This document shows, in pieces, positions 62,405 through 64,000 of a stretch of DNA of 64,000 nt; the stretch's first letter is position 1; every line of letters starts with the position of its first letter. This DNA comes from Squalus acanthias (Eukaryota). The notes below the pieces were generated by a model. The model saw only the letters and a program-made list of their open reading frames with translations, did not search any database and had not been told where the DNA came from. The position numbers were made by a program, and so were the translations under genes. The stretch spans positions 2,606,001 through 2,670,000 of the forward strand of contig JASTWF010000036.1 of NCBI GenBank assembly GCA_030390025.1, given 5' to 3'.

Positions 62405-62695
62405 TAAACTTCAACAGCACCTCCCAAACCCATGACCTCCACCACCTAGAAGGACCAGGACAGCATCACCTCCAGATTCCCTTCCAAGTCACATACAATC
62501 CTGACTTGGATATAGATCGCTGTTCCTTCATCATCACTGGAACTCCCTCCCTAACAGCACTGTAGGAGTACCATCACCACACGGACTGCAGCGGTTTAAG
62601 GCGGCGGCTCACCACCACCTTCTCAAGCGCAATTAGGGATGGGCAATAAATGCCAGCCTTGCCAGTGACGCCCACATCAGAGTATGATTTTTTTT
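62405..62695 (+). mobile_element. 3' end of the same LINE family as 32089-34499
   Basis: GGACTGCAGCGGTT...CTCACCACCACCTTCTCAAG.GCAATTAGGGATGGGCAATAAATGC. Confidence 0.88.
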
Positions 62696-62802
62696 TAATT
62701 AACAACATACGCTCTGACTAATCATGAACACACGACAGGAGATGACCCAGTAGGTTATTATTGCGTTGTAATTATAAGCAAAAATAATTCTTCTATCTAC
62801 TT

Positions 62803-63250
62803 TGTCAGCTTGGCTCAGTTAGTAGCACTCTCACTTGAGTCAGAAGGTTGTAACTTCAAGTTCCATTCCAGGATTTAAACAGATAATCTAGGCTGACACT
62901 CCAATTACAGTACTGAGGAAGTGCTGCATCATCAGAGATGTTGTCGTTTGGATGAGATGTTAAACCGAGGTCCCGTCTGCTCCAAAGCAGGTGAGTATTT
63001 CCAGTGTCTTGGCCAATATACCACCACCACCCCTGACAGCCCCCCCCCACCCCACCACCACCACCCCACCCCTTAACCAAACCCACCAAAAGAAGGAACT
63101 GGTTATTTCTCTCATTGCTGTTTGAAATCTTGCTGTGCACAAAATACATGTCATGTTTGCCTACATAACAGGCACTGCACTTCAAAGCAATTCATTTTAC
63201 GTGAAGCACTTTGAAACATTTCAACAACATGACTAGCTGCTATAAAAAAA
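62803..63250 (+). mobile_element. Deu-domain SINE
   Basis: Head TGGCTCAGTTAGTAGCACTCT...GAGTCAGAAGGTTG, then GATGAGATGTTAAACCGAGG and the Deu core. Confidence 0.82.
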
Positions 63251-64000
63251 AAATTATGATAGCAATTCCATTATTGTGTATGCATTTGATATATGTTGAA
63301 AAATACAAAAGGGACAATTGAAAAATATCAGGGAACCATGAAGGAAGATATAGGAAGTGTGATAGAACTCCAAGCATGATATGGGAGTATTGCCTCACTC
63401 ATGAAAAGACATATTTTCAACACACAACTTCTTGATTGGGATAATACAATAGAATTGCACAACCTTCATACTGGAAGAAATTAGTTAGCACAAAGCCCTT
63501 TTCATTCTTACCTTTGGCACCTTTCCAATGTGAGAGATTTTTTAAAATTCTCTTAACGTGGTTGTTCTTAATTATACAATGAATAGTATTGATCCAAAGA
63601 TGATGCACCATAGTTTTTAAGCAAGATAATACTTTTAGCCCATGAATGAGCAAGAATGTATGGACTGCCAATGACTAAGTTTAATAAATAGAAGCTGCTG
63701 CCTGCTTGTCTTTGGTGTACAGAAAATATTCCTTAAATGTAGTATGCCCTCAAACCATGAACAGAACTAAGGGGATTTTCTGGTTAGGTCACAAATTTTA
63801 TTTCTGTCACAGATTAGCATGCAACATTGTACTTATGTTTGTTTAACTTAGTTTTTCAAAATCTATTCTGCAGTTAATTATTCTCCAAAGAGAAAGCAGG
63901 CTGTTATCAAGTTCCCCGGTCAGAAATACTTTGAATTGCGCAGAGTCCAATAGCAAGAGATAACTTTACTCTGTAGCTCGGACTGATATAAGCTTTGCAC

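Noticed and set aside
1..64000. Prokaryotic systems (CRISPR array, operons, retrons)
   Set aside because: The sequence is clearly vertebrate; there is no repeat-spacer array, and all RT ORFs are non-LTR retrotransposons.

Overview
Vertebrate genomic DNA, most likely a cartilaginous fish (shark-type HE1 V-SINE, Deu-domain SINEs, CR1 and L2 LINEs, Penelope and PIF/Harbinger elements). The only recognisable host gene is a minus-strand voltage-gated sodium channel, most like SCN8A/Nav1.6. Its first coding exon is at 9950-10225. A CpG-enriched, transposon-poor region (about 12.2-15.1 kb) contains a candidate promoter and non-coding first exon with adjacent POU6F1-like and YY1-like motifs. The ATG inside the YY1 motif opens a 24-codon upstream ORF in strong Kozak context. 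With a TAATG stop-start overlap and an out-of-frame ATG at -8, this forms a layered uORF leader that may be conserved with mammals; it is the most interesting candidate. The downstream intron holds a >2.8 kb purine-rich hexamer/heptamer satellite with higher-order structure. The upstream 49 kb is dense with transposons: a CR1 carrying two sister Harbinger MITEs and a second LINE, decayed Harbinger transposase and Myb remnants, fold-back Penelope mini-insertions (one with minimal hammerhead motifs), and LINEs strongly biased to the + strand. Repeat-family names and mammalian comparisons are from recall, not database searches; repeat boundaries are approximate unless a TSD is given.
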